DNA of 60,569 bases from Candidatus Binatia bacterium (lineage in GTDB: Bacteria; Desulfobacterota; Binatia; HRBIN30). The position numbers and the translations under genes were made by a program. Within the stretch, counting starts at the first letter, position 1, and every line of letters starts with the position of its first letter. The stretch lies in contig JBGQHM010000002.1 in NCBI GenBank assembly GCA_041497995.1, forward strand, positions 1 to 60,569. Direction: 5' to 3'. This document shows positions 48,869 to 56,961 of the stretch, in pieces. A model generated the notes under the pieces. The model made no database searches, was not told the DNA's origin, and saw only the letters and a program-made list of their open reading frames with translations.

Positions 48869-49903
48869 ATGGACAACTGGGGCGGTAAGAAAGTACTCGT
48901 GACAGGTGGTGCGTCGTTCATCGGCAGCCACCTCGTCGACCGGCTCGTAGAACGCGGGGCCAAGGTGCGCGTGGCAGATGATCTCTCGAGCGGCCGGCTG
49001 GAGAATCTCCACCTGAGCCAGAGCGCCGTCGACTTCAAAAAAGGTGATCTTCGCGACCGCCACTTCACCCGCGCGATGGTGCAGGGTACCGAGGTGGTGT
49101 TCCATTTGGCGGCGTGTCACGGCGGACGCGGGTTCATCGATACACATCCAGCCGACTGCGCCTCGAACCTGGTGCTCGACGGCATTGTCTTCGACGAAGC
49201 GTGGCGTGCCGGCGTCGAGCGGATCTGCTTCGCCAGCTCGGCGTGCGTCTATCCGATCCAGCACCAGGTTGCTCCAACCAATGGCAACATGGTGTTCCTC
49301 CGCGAGGAGTGGGCCGATCCGTTCAAGGCCGGCTGTGCCAGCGCGGACGGGGAGTATGGCTGGGCGAAGCTGATGGGCGAGATGACGCTCAAGGCATACT
49401 GGAAACAGCACGGGCTGAAGTCGGTGGCGTGCCGCTTGTTCACGGCCTACGGTGAACGCGAGAATGAGACCCACGCAGTCATTGCGTTGATCGCCAAAGC
49501 GTTCATCCGCATGGATCCGTACGAGATCTGGGGCGATGGCCAACAAGATCGCAACTTCACCTACGTGGGCGACATCGTCGAGGGAATGATCCGCGCATGC
49601 CAAGAGATCACCGACGGCTCCGCCGTCAACGTCGGCACTGCGGAGCACATCAAGGTCATCGACGCGGTGAAGATGATCTTCGCCGAGATGGACTTCACGC
49701 CGCAGGCTCTTGCCTTCGACACCTCGAAGCCGGTCGGCGTGTTCAGTCGCGCCGCCGATCTGACGCGGACGCGAGCCACGTTGCGTTGGGAACCGGCGAC
49801 TTCGTTCAAAGACGGCCTACGGCGTACGATCGAATGGTACTGCCGTTCGCGTGACGCCGCCGAAGTGTCCTCCCGCTTGGGCGTTCTCCTGACCGAACGC
49901 TGA
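48869..49903 (+). CDS. NAD-dependent nucleotide-sugar epimerase (GDP-mannose 3,5-epimerase-like)
   Basis: AAGGAG RBS. TGGASFIGSHL, LAACHGGRGFI, SSACVYP, YGWAK and WGDGQQDRNF. Confidence 0.8.
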   Translation: MDNWGGKKVLVTGGASFIGSHLVDRLVERGAKVRVADDLSSGRLENLHLSQSAVDFKKGDLRDRHFTRAMVQGTEVVFHLAACHGGRGFIDTHPADCASNLVLDGIVFDEAWRAGVERICFASSACVYPIQHQVAPTNGNMVFLREEWADPFKAGCASADGEYGWAKLMGEMTLKAYWKQHGLKSVACRLFTAYGERENETHAVIALIAKAFIRMDPYEIWGDGQQDRNFTYVGDIVEGMIRACQEITDGSAVNVGTAEHIKVIDAVKMIFAEMDFTPQALAFDTSKPVGVFSRAADLTRTRATLRWEPATSFKDGLRRTIEWYCRSRDAAEVSSRLGVLLTER

Positions 49904-49956
49904 TCGAGGACCCTTGAGTGCCATCATCAACGCTGTAAGGTGCGACGAGGAGCTTA

Positions 49957-52035
49957 TTGAGTCACGGTTCACAACGAAAGGCAGTTCGGGTCGCTGCGCT
50001 GTCCTTGAGCGTGATCGTGATGGGCCGGACACTCTGGGTGCCGCGACCGGCGTACGCGCTGCCATCGAGTCCCCAGGCCGTCCCCGAGGACAGCCCGCTG
50101 CAACGGTCTCCCAACAATCCGTTGCTCAGTCGAGGACCGGCGGGTTCGTTCGATCAAGTGAAGATCGGGCCGCGCGCAATGCTGCGCGAGGGACCGAACG
50201 CGTGGAAGCTCTGGTACGAAGGGGTTCCGGGCGGCAACACCTCGCGCGTCGGCTACGCCACCAGTCCCGACGGTGTCACCTGGACCAAGTACTCCGCCAA
50301 CCCGGTCATGGTGCCGACGGAGGCTTGGGAGGGTGCACCCGCAGGCGAGACCTCGCCGACCACCGTCCTGCGCGAGCATGGCGTCTATGAGATGTGGTAC
50401 CACGGCTTCCAAGATCGCGTGCGCCGGATCGGGTACGCCACGTCGACGGACGGCATCACGTGGACCAAGTACCCGGGCAATCCGGTGCTTGTGCCCGGCC
50501 CGCCGGGCGCGTGGGATCAGGGCTCGGTGGCGGAACCCCACGTCGTCAAGGTGGGAGCCGTCTACTACATGTTCTACGCGCACGCGCAGGACCCGCAGGG
50601 AGTGGGGCTGGCCACCAGCTCGGACGGGATTCACTGGATGAAGTATGCGGGCAACCCGGTGTTGACCAAGGGCACTGTGGGAGCGTGGGATGACAAGGCG
50701 ATGCAAGGCGGCGGAGTCGTTTATGATGGGCGCGCCTTCCACATGTGGTTTCGAGGCTACAACACGAACTTCGCGACGGCCCTCGGGTACGCGTGGAGCC
50801 TCGATGGGATGAGCTGGACGAAGAGCCCGAAGAATCCGCTCTTGACCAAGCCGAACCCGGCGCTCGGCAAGGGCGACGACTATGGAGTGGAGGGCAACAC
50901 GAACATTTTCCGTCGCGGGGCGCAGTGGTGGATCTACTACGGCGGGTTCGTCTCCTGCTGTCCCGAAAACATGGGTTTCAACCTGGCGACGTCTGCGGTC
51001 ATGGGAGCACGGAACCTGGCGCCGGTGGTCGATGCCGGTGCCGATCAGACTATTGTGCTACCGGCTGCAGCGACCGTGGCCGCTACCGTGATGGATGACG
51101 ACGTGCCGGTCGCTCTCGAAAATGTGAAGACCGACTGGTCGATGTGGTCAGGACCAGGCGCGGCGACCTTCGCTGAGCCGAACGCCCTGACGACGACCAT
51201 CGCATTCTCGCAGCCAGGTACCTACGTGCTTCGCTTGAGTGCAGACGACGGTGAGCTGTCCGCGTTTGACGATGTGACGGTCCTCGTGCTCGGCGCGACG
51301 CCGACAGCGACCGCAACGCTGGAGGCCCCGACGCGCACCGCCACCCGAACGCAAGCGCCGACGCAGACACAAACCCGAACGCCGATTGTGTTGACGGCGA
51401 CCCCGACGGCGTCTGTGACCTATACCCCGATTGTGTTGACACCGACGCCGACGTCCACGGTGGCTCCCACTGGCACACCAGTCGTGGTGACCCCGACCAC
51501 AACGGCATCAGCGACCGGTACGCAGATTGTGTCGACGCCGACGCCCACGGTGACTCGTACTGGCACACCAATCGTGGTGCCCCCGACAGCAACGGCGTCT
51601 GCGACTAATACGCGGACGGTGACCCCAACCGACACGTCGCTCGTGGCGACGCGGACGCCAACGGCGTCAGTGACCTCTACACCGATCGTGTTGACGCCGA
51701 CGCTGACAATGGCTCCGACCGCCACGCCAATCGTCGTGACACCGACCCCAACGGTATCGGTGACCGCCACGCCGATTGTGTTGACACCGACGCCGGCAGC
51801 GCCTCCGACTGACAGCCCGACGCAGACACCAACGGCGTCTGCGACCGGTACCGCTGGCGTGCAGTCCCCCGATGTGAACTGCGACGACCGCGTGAGCGCA
51901 GCGGATGTGACCGCGTTCATCCGGGCCAGCGGAGTCGCCGCGCCGCTCTTCTGTGGCAATGAGCCAGTCGCGCCGCCCGAAGATCTTGGGCGCGTCATTC
52001 AAGCGATTTTCACACGCGCGCTTGGATCCGACTGA
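49957..52035 (+). CDS. Secreted five-bladed beta-propeller (GH32/43/130-like fold) + PKD-like domain + Thr/Pro repeat stalk + dockerin-like tag
   Basis: Signal-like N-terminus, repeated ATSxDGxTWTKYxxNP, PVVDAGAD...GTYVLRL, long TP repeats, then DVNCDDRVSAADV. TTG start is uncertain. Confidence 0.8.
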   Translation: MSHGSQRKAVRVAALSLSVIVMGRTLWVPRPAYALPSSPQAVPEDSPLQRSPNNPLLSRGPAGSFDQVKIGPRAMLREGPNAWKLWYEGVPGGNTSRVGYATSPDGVTWTKYSANPVMVPTEAWEGAPAGETSPTTVLREHGVYEMWYHGFQDRVRRIGYATSTDGITWTKYPGNPVLVPGPPGAWDQGSVAEPHVVKVGAVYYMFYAHAQDPQGVGLATSSDGIHWMKYAGNPVLTKGTVGAWDDKAMQGGGVVYDGRAFHMWFRGYNTNFATALGYAWSLDGMSWTKSPKNPLLTKPNPALGKGDDYGVEGNTNIFRRGAQWWIYYGGFVSCCPENMGFNLATSAVMGARNLAPVVDAGADQTIVLPAAATVAATVMDDDVPVALENVKTDWSMWSGPGAATFAEPNALTTTIAFSQPGTYVLRLSADDGELSAFDDVTVLVLGATPTATATLEAPTRTATRTQAPTQTQTRTPIVLTATPTASVTYTPIVLTPTPTSTVAPTGTPVVVTPTTTASATGTQIVSTPTPTVTRTGTPIVVPPTATASATNTRTVTPTDTSLVATRTPTASVTSTPIVLTPTLTMAPTATPIVVTPTPTVSVTATPIVLTPTPAAPPTDSPTQTPTASATGTAGVQSPDVNCDDRVSAADVTAFIRASGVAAPLFCGNEPVAPPEDLGRVIQAIFTRALGSD
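50086..50988 (+). repeat. Long direct repeat copy 1 (903 bp; propeller-coding)
   Basis: Aligns without gaps to 54681-55583 (offset 4595). Differences are mostly synonymous. Confidence 0.92.
51382..51816 (+). repeat. Degenerate 45-bp (15-aa) tandem repeats encoding PIV(L/V)TPTPTASxTxT
   Basis: Units start at 51382, 51427, 51478, 51523, 51568, 51637, 51682, 51727 and 51772. Confidence 0.85.
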
Positions 52036-52048
52036 GAGCGCGAAACAG

Positions 52049-53581
52049 ATGGACCTGCAGGTCGACATGGAAGAGCACGCGCTACCGGTCGGCGCGCCGC
52101 CGCGCGGTGTGGCGGGGACTCACTCGCTGTCTCTCGTCAGCGTCATCACCACCATCGGTGCCATCCAGGTGATGACCGTGGCGTGTACGCTGCTGCAATC
52201 GAAGATCGCGGCGTTGTGCGTCGGTCCGGCGGGAATTGGCGTCATCAGCTTCATTGATGGAATCGTTGCCTTCGTCGGGCAGCTGAGCGGGCTGAGCCTG
52301 CCATTTGCGGCGTTGAAGGGACTGGCGTTCGTGCATGATTCGCGAGACGAGTTCGCGCGTGGCTACGCAGCATTCTTACGTGCTGTGGTCACGGTGTCAC
52401 TGCTCGGGGTGATCGTCGCGATCGGTGCCATCCTGCTCGTGCCGGGGATGCTCGTGCCCGAGATGACGGCGCACGTTGGGCTGCTCGTTGTCGCCCTGTT
52501 GGCGGTGCCCGCGACCAATACCATTGCACTCCTGACCAATGTCCAAGCCGCATCGCAGCGTCCGCGGGCGGCGGCGCTGCTGGGACTTGCCGCCGCCGCG
52601 GTCATGGCGGCCGGGACAGTGACTGGCGTGCTCACCGCCGGTTTGGTTGGATTCTACATCGGCGCGGTAACGGCCGCTGCGGTGGTCGCCATCGGTTGCG
52701 TCGCCTATTTTGCGCGCCGGTGGGGGCTGGCACTGCGCGGCAGCGGTGTGGGGCTCTTGAGCGAGCTGCGGCGCTATCCGCGCGCCATCGGCTTCGCCGG
52801 TGCCCAATACGTCTTGGCGTTCACGATTCCCTTCGCGTATCTCGTGGCACGCTACGCGATTGTGCGCCACGGTGGCTTCGCTGCGGCAGGTTTGCTGCAG
52901 GCGTCTATGGCGTCTGCGGTGGCCATGCGGATGGTGATGCGGTCATCGAACGCGCTGTTCCTCACACCGGCGATGAATCGGAATACGGAAGCGGGCTTCA
53001 AGTTCCAAGAAGCGGTCAGCTACTTTCGCACCGTCTCCGTGATGATCGGAATGGGCGCGCTGCCGCTCATCTTGTTTCCTCGCTTTTGGCTCTCGGCCGT
53101 GTACTCCTCCGACTTCACGGCCGCTGCGCCCTACGTCTATCTGTTCGTGCTCGCGGAAGCGCTGGCGCTGCTCGCCGGAGTCAATCAAGCCTTGGTGATC
53201 GGACTCGATCACATCAGCGCCTACGTCGCCATGTGTCTCACCGGGCAGCTCGGTATGGCGGCCGCTGCATGGTTCTTGGCGCCGCGATTCGGGATCTTGG
53301 GTGTCGCGCTGGCTTTTCTGTTCAACGGTATCACCATCTTCAGCCTGACTGCGTGGTGGATGTGGCGGCGCGAGCACATGTCCATTCTGCATGCCGTCGG
53401 CTGGATGCCACTGCTGGTGCTCGCGGCCATCGCGGGCGCGGGCGCTACCTCGGCGTCTCTCGAACCAACCACCTTCGCCACTGCGAGTGTGAAGGTCACG
53501 ATTTGCGTGCTTGCGAGCGCGGCGGGTCTCTGGAGTTTGAGTCGGCATGCCGGCATGCGCCAGCTGCAGGTGATCAAGTGA
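52049..53581 (+). CDS. Second Wzx-like oligosaccharide flippase
   Basis: KIAALCVGPAGIG N-terminal motif, about 12-14 TM segments, and PRFGILGVALA. Confidence 0.78.
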   Translation: MDLQVDMEEHALPVGAPPRGVAGTHSLSLVSVITTIGAIQVMTVACTLLQSKIAALCVGPAGIGVISFIDGIVAFVGQLSGLSLPFAALKGLAFVHDSRDEFARGYAAFLRAVVTVSLLGVIVAIGAILLVPGMLVPEMTAHVGLLVVALLAVPATNTIALLTNVQAASQRPRAAALLGLAAAAVMAAGTVTGVLTAGLVGFYIGAVTAAAVVAIGCVAYFARRWGLALRGSGVGLLSELRRYPRAIGFAGAQYVLAFTIPFAYLVARYAIVRHGGFAAAGLLQASMASAVAMRMVMRSSNALFLTPAMNRNTEAGFKFQEAVSYFRTVSVMIGMGALPLILFPRFWLSAVYSSDFTAAAPYVYLFVLAEALALLAGVNQALVIGLDHISAYVAMCLTGQLGMAAAAWFLAPRFGILGVALAFLFNGITIFSLTAWWMWRREHMSILHAVGWMPLLVLAAIAGAGATSASLEPTTFATASVKVTICVLASAAGLWSLSRHAGMRQLQVIK

Positions 53582-54501
53582 CGGCCAATCTTGTCTTTGT
53601 CACAGGTGACTTCTGTTCCGGAAGCACGCTGCTCTTTACACTGTTCCGAAAAACCGGCGAGTATCACTGCCTCTACGAGCCGCTGCACGAATTGCTCCCG
53701 GAGTACACCATCTGGCCGTTGCGTGCCTACGAGCATCATTTCTTCGTCAAGGACTACTTTGCAGAGTACAGAGGCTTCGCTGAGCTGCGACGACTGTTCG
53801 ATCCGCGTTGGGGGAGCAGTGGGCTCTTTCTTCCAGGGGAGGCGGAGGCGCCGGCGCTCTATCGCTATCTGTCCTACATCATCGGCATGAGCTTCGGCCG
53901 GCGGTCCAAGGTGATGCTGAAGTTCAACCGCGCGACGTTTCGGCTCCCGTGGTTGCGCGCCAAGTTCCCGGAGGCGAAGATCGTCCACATCTATCGCGAT
54001 CCGGAAGGCCAATGGAACAGCAACGTGCGGCGCGCCCAGTCACATCTCGGGAGAGCGGACGTCGGACAAGACAGTCCAACGTTCAACGGGTTCAACCTGG
54101 CAACCTGGTGTGAAGACCTGAAAGGTATCTTTCCGGAGCTCGCGGCTGACCAATCGCGTACGGGATACGAACGCTTCTTGAAGCTGTGGCAACTGAGCAA
54201 ATCGTGGAACCAGCGCCACGCCGACATTTCGATCGAGTACCGCGTGCTGACGCACGAGTTCGAGGCGACCTGCGAACGCCTGCAGCGCTGCATCGGGTGT
54301 GACTTCCCGCTCGCGTCGCTGAAGCAGTTCGTCATCCCACCGGAGAAGCAGTCGGCGGCGCATCCGGAGAAAGGCGCGACCGTTCTTGGTCGACTCTCCG
54401 ACCTGGTGTATCGCGGGGGCCGGCGCTACGCGCGCGCACGGGTCGAGCTCGAACGTCGGTGGCATGGGCAGCGGCTGCCGCTCGATCGCACGGCGCGTTA
54501 A
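53578..54501 (+). CDS. Sulfotransferase-family protein (variant 5'-PSB)
   Basis: GTGA overlap. TGDFCSGSTLLF, YEPLHE, LKFNR and IVHIYRDP. Confidence 0.75.
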   Translation: MTANLVFVTGDFCSGSTLLFTLFRKTGEYHCLYEPLHELLPEYTIWPLRAYEHHFFVKDYFAEYRGFAELRRLFDPRWGSSGLFLPGEAEAPALYRYLSYIIGMSFGRRSKVMLKFNRATFRLPWLRAKFPEAKIVHIYRDPEGQWNSNVRRAQSHLGRADVGQDSPTFNGFNLATWCEDLKGIFPELAADQSRTGYERFLKLWQLSKSWNQRHADISIEYRVLTHEFEATCERLQRCIGCDFPLASLKQFVIPPEKQSAAHPEKGATVLGRLSDLVYRGGRRYARARVELERRWHGQRLPLDRTAR

Positions 54502-54557
54502 CGAGCCGATCGGCGTCCTGGCAGATCGGTCCTGCCCGTTGAAGGAGGATCGCGACT

Positions 54558-56078
54558 GTGCACCGTAGTATTCGCCTGAGAGTTTGGAGGACCTCGGTGC
54601 CAGTTGCAGCGGTCGCGTGTCTGACTCTAGCGCTTTCACTGCGGAGCGTTGGGTCTGCAGCCGATTTGTCGATGGTCGCAGAGGACAGCCCGCTGCAACG
54701 GTCTCCCAACAATCCGTTGCTCAGTCGAGGACCGTCGGGTTCGTTCGATCAAGTGAAGATTGGCCCGCGTGCGATGCTGCGCGAGGGGCCGCAGGTGTGG
54801 AAGCTGTGGTACGAGGGGGTTCCAGCCGGCAATACCTCGCGCGTGGGATATGCCACCAGTGCCGACGGCGTGACCTGGACCAAGTACGCGGGGAACCCCA
54901 TCATGGTGCCCTCGGAGGTGTGGGAGGGCGCGCCCGCGGGCGAGACCTCGCCGACCACCGTCCTCCGCGAACACGGCGTCTATAAGATGTGGTACCACGG
55001 CTTCCAAGATCGGGTGCGGCGGATCGGTTATGCCACGTCGACGGACGGCATCACGTGGACCAAGTACCCGGGCAACCCGGTGCTGGTGCCCGGCCCTCCG
55101 GGCGCGTGGGATCAGGGCTCTGTGGCGGAACCGCACGTCGTCAAAGTGGGAGCCACCTACTACATGTTCTACATGCACGCGCAGGACCCGCAGGGAGAGG
55201 GGCTTGCCACCAGCCCAGACGGGATCCGCTGGACGAAGTACGCGGGCAACCCGTTGTTGACCAGGGGCTCTGCGGGAACATGGGATGACAAGGCGATGCA
55301 AGGCGGCGGAGTCTTCTATGATGGGCGCGCCTTCCACATGTGGTTTCGCGGCTACAACACCAGCTTCGCGACTGCCCTCGGGTACGCCTCGAGTCTCGAC
55401 GGCATGAGCTGGACGAAGAGCCCGAAGAATCCGCTCTTGACCAAGCCCAACCCGTCGCTAGGCAAGGGCGATGACTACGGAGTGGAGGGCAACACGAACA
55501 TTTTCCGTCGCGGGGCGCAGTGGTGGATCTACTACGGCGGGTTCGTCTCCTGCTGTCCTGAAAACATGGGCTTCAACCTGGCGTTCTCCGAGGTCAAAGC
55601 TTCGCCCAACACGGCGCCGACGGTGGATGCGGGTGCAGATCAAACGGTCACGTTGCCGGCGGCCGCGGTGCTCGACGGCATGGTGGTTGACGACGAGGTG
55701 CCGATCCCGCTCGAGAAGATCGTCACCACTTGGACAAAGGTGACCGGCCCTGGGGCCGTCACCTTTGCGGATTCGGCTGCTCTACACACAACGGCGAGCT
55801 TCTCGCAGCCGGGAACGTATCTCCTGCGTCTCTCTGCAAGCGATACAGAACTTTCGGCCTCGGCCGATGTCACAGGTACAGTGAATGCGGCCATGCCCGA
55901 CGCGCTTCAGGGCGATGCCAACTGCGATGGCCGACTCTCCGTCGCCGACGTGGTGGCGTTGGTATCGCTCATACCGGACAATGCTCCATGTGGGCTCGCC
56001 GATGCCAATGGCGATGGATCTGTTGGAACAGACGATATCGACGTGGTCATTTCGACGATTTTTCGTGCTGCGGGGTAG
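54558..56078 (+). CDS. Secreted five-bladed beta-propeller + PKD-like domain + dockerin-like tag (paralog of 49957..52035 without the stalk)
   Basis: GGAGG RBS, signal peptide, near-identical propeller, then GDANCDGRLSVADV...DANGDGSVGTDD. Confidence 0.82.
   Translation: MHRSIRLRVWRTSVPVAAVACLTLALSLRSVGSAADLSMVAEDSPLQRSPNNPLLSRGPSGSFDQVKIGPRAMLREGPQVWKLWYEGVPAGNTSRVGYATSADGVTWTKYAGNPIMVPSEVWEGAPAGETSPTTVLREHGVYKMWYHGFQDRVRRIGYATSTDGITWTKYPGNPVLVPGPPGAWDQGSVAEPHVVKVGATYYMFYMHAQDPQGEGLATSPDGIRWTKYAGNPLLTRGSAGTWDDKAMQGGGVFYDGRAFHMWFRGYNTSFATALGYASSLDGMSWTKSPKNPLLTKPNPSLGKGDDYGVEGNTNIFRRGAQWWIYYGGFVSCCPENMGFNLAFSEVKASPNTAPTVDAGADQTVTLPAAAVLDGMVVDDEVPIPLEKIVTTWTKVTGPGAVTFADSAALHTTASFSQPGTYLLRLSASDTELSASADVTGTVNAAMPDALQGDANCDGRLSVADVVALVSLIPDNAPCGLADANGDGSVGTDDIDVVISTIFRAAG
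54681..55583 (+). repeat. Long direct repeat copy 2 (903 bp)
   Basis: Gap-free match to 50086-50988, including an 80-bp identical tract (55479-55558 = 50884-50963). Confidence 0.92.
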
Positions 56079-56156
56079 GTGCCTCCGCACATGCACGACA
56101 ACTACCGTCTCGCTAAGTCCCTTTCACGCCGGCAAGAGCGCAGGGGACGCTGAGTG

Positions 56157-56912
56157 ATGCGCAAACAGCCGTACACTGAGGAATTCTACAGGCAGATCGA
56201 TGATCCTTCCTCACGATCTGCCCGAGAGATCGTTCCGCTGCTCCTGGAGCTGGTCGGGGCGCGATCGGTAGTTGATATCGGTTGTGGCCGCGGAACTTGG
56301 TTGCGAGTGTTCGAAGAGTGTGGTGTCCGGGACATCGTTGGAGCGGATGGCAGCTATGTCGAGAGCCGGATTCTGGAAATTCCTGCGGAAAGATTCATCC
56401 GCTGCGATCTGACGGCACCCGTCCGGATAGATCGGCAATTCGATCTGGTCGTCTCCTTGGAAGTTGCTGAGCATCTTCCGCCGGAGTGCGCAGAGATCTT
56501 CGTAGATTCACTGACCAGGCTCGGGCCGGTGATCGTGTTTTCCGCCGCGATCCCATTCCAAGGAGGTCGTCAGCACATCAATGAGCAGTGGCCGGACTAT
56601 TGGGCAAGCCACTTTCGGCGAAAGGGCTATCTACCAATTGACTGCATCCGGAAGAGGGTATGGCAAAACGAGAAGGTACATTGGTGGTATGCTCAAAACA
56701 TATTGCTGTTCGTACGGACCGACTACTTGGAGAGCAGCCCGTTGTTGAAGCGCGAATTCGAGGCTACGGCTCCCAACCAGCTCTCCATCGTTCATCCGAA
56801 GAGGTACCTGGCGGCGGCTGACGTACGGAATATGCCTTTCAGAAAAGTGCTCGTAGCGCTTCCCGCCTCGTTTCTGCATGGTTTGAAGAGGACCATCGGC
56901 AAGACCTCGTGA
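56157..56912 (+). CDS. Class I SAM-dependent methyltransferase (glycan-locus type)
   Basis: VVDIGCGRG, DLVVSLEVAEHL and FSAAIPFQGG..HINEQW. Confidence 0.88.
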   Translation: MRKQPYTEEFYRQIDDPSSRSAREIVPLLLELVGARSVVDIGCGRGTWLRVFEECGVRDIVGADGSYVESRILEIPAERFIRCDLTAPVRIDRQFDLVVSLEVAEHLPPECAEIFVDSLTRLGPVIVFSAAIPFQGGRQHINEQWPDYWASHFRRKGYLPIDCIRKRVWQNEKVHWWYAQNILLFVRTDYLESSPLLKREFEATAPNQLSIVHPKRYLAAADVRNMPFRKVLVALPASFLHGLKRTIGKTS

Positions 56913-56961
56913 CGGCCGCGCAGGCTGGCAAGTATTTCTGCAAGAGCAGAGGCAGATTCTG

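Noticed and set aside
51382-51816. CRISPR array
   Set aside because: The repeats are degenerate, in frame and contiguous without unique spacers. No cas genes are present.
50086-55583. Diversity-generating retroelement template/variable repeat pair
   Set aside because: The differences are mostly synonymous third-position changes, not adenine-specific. Both copies are coding, and there is no reverse transcriptase in the window.
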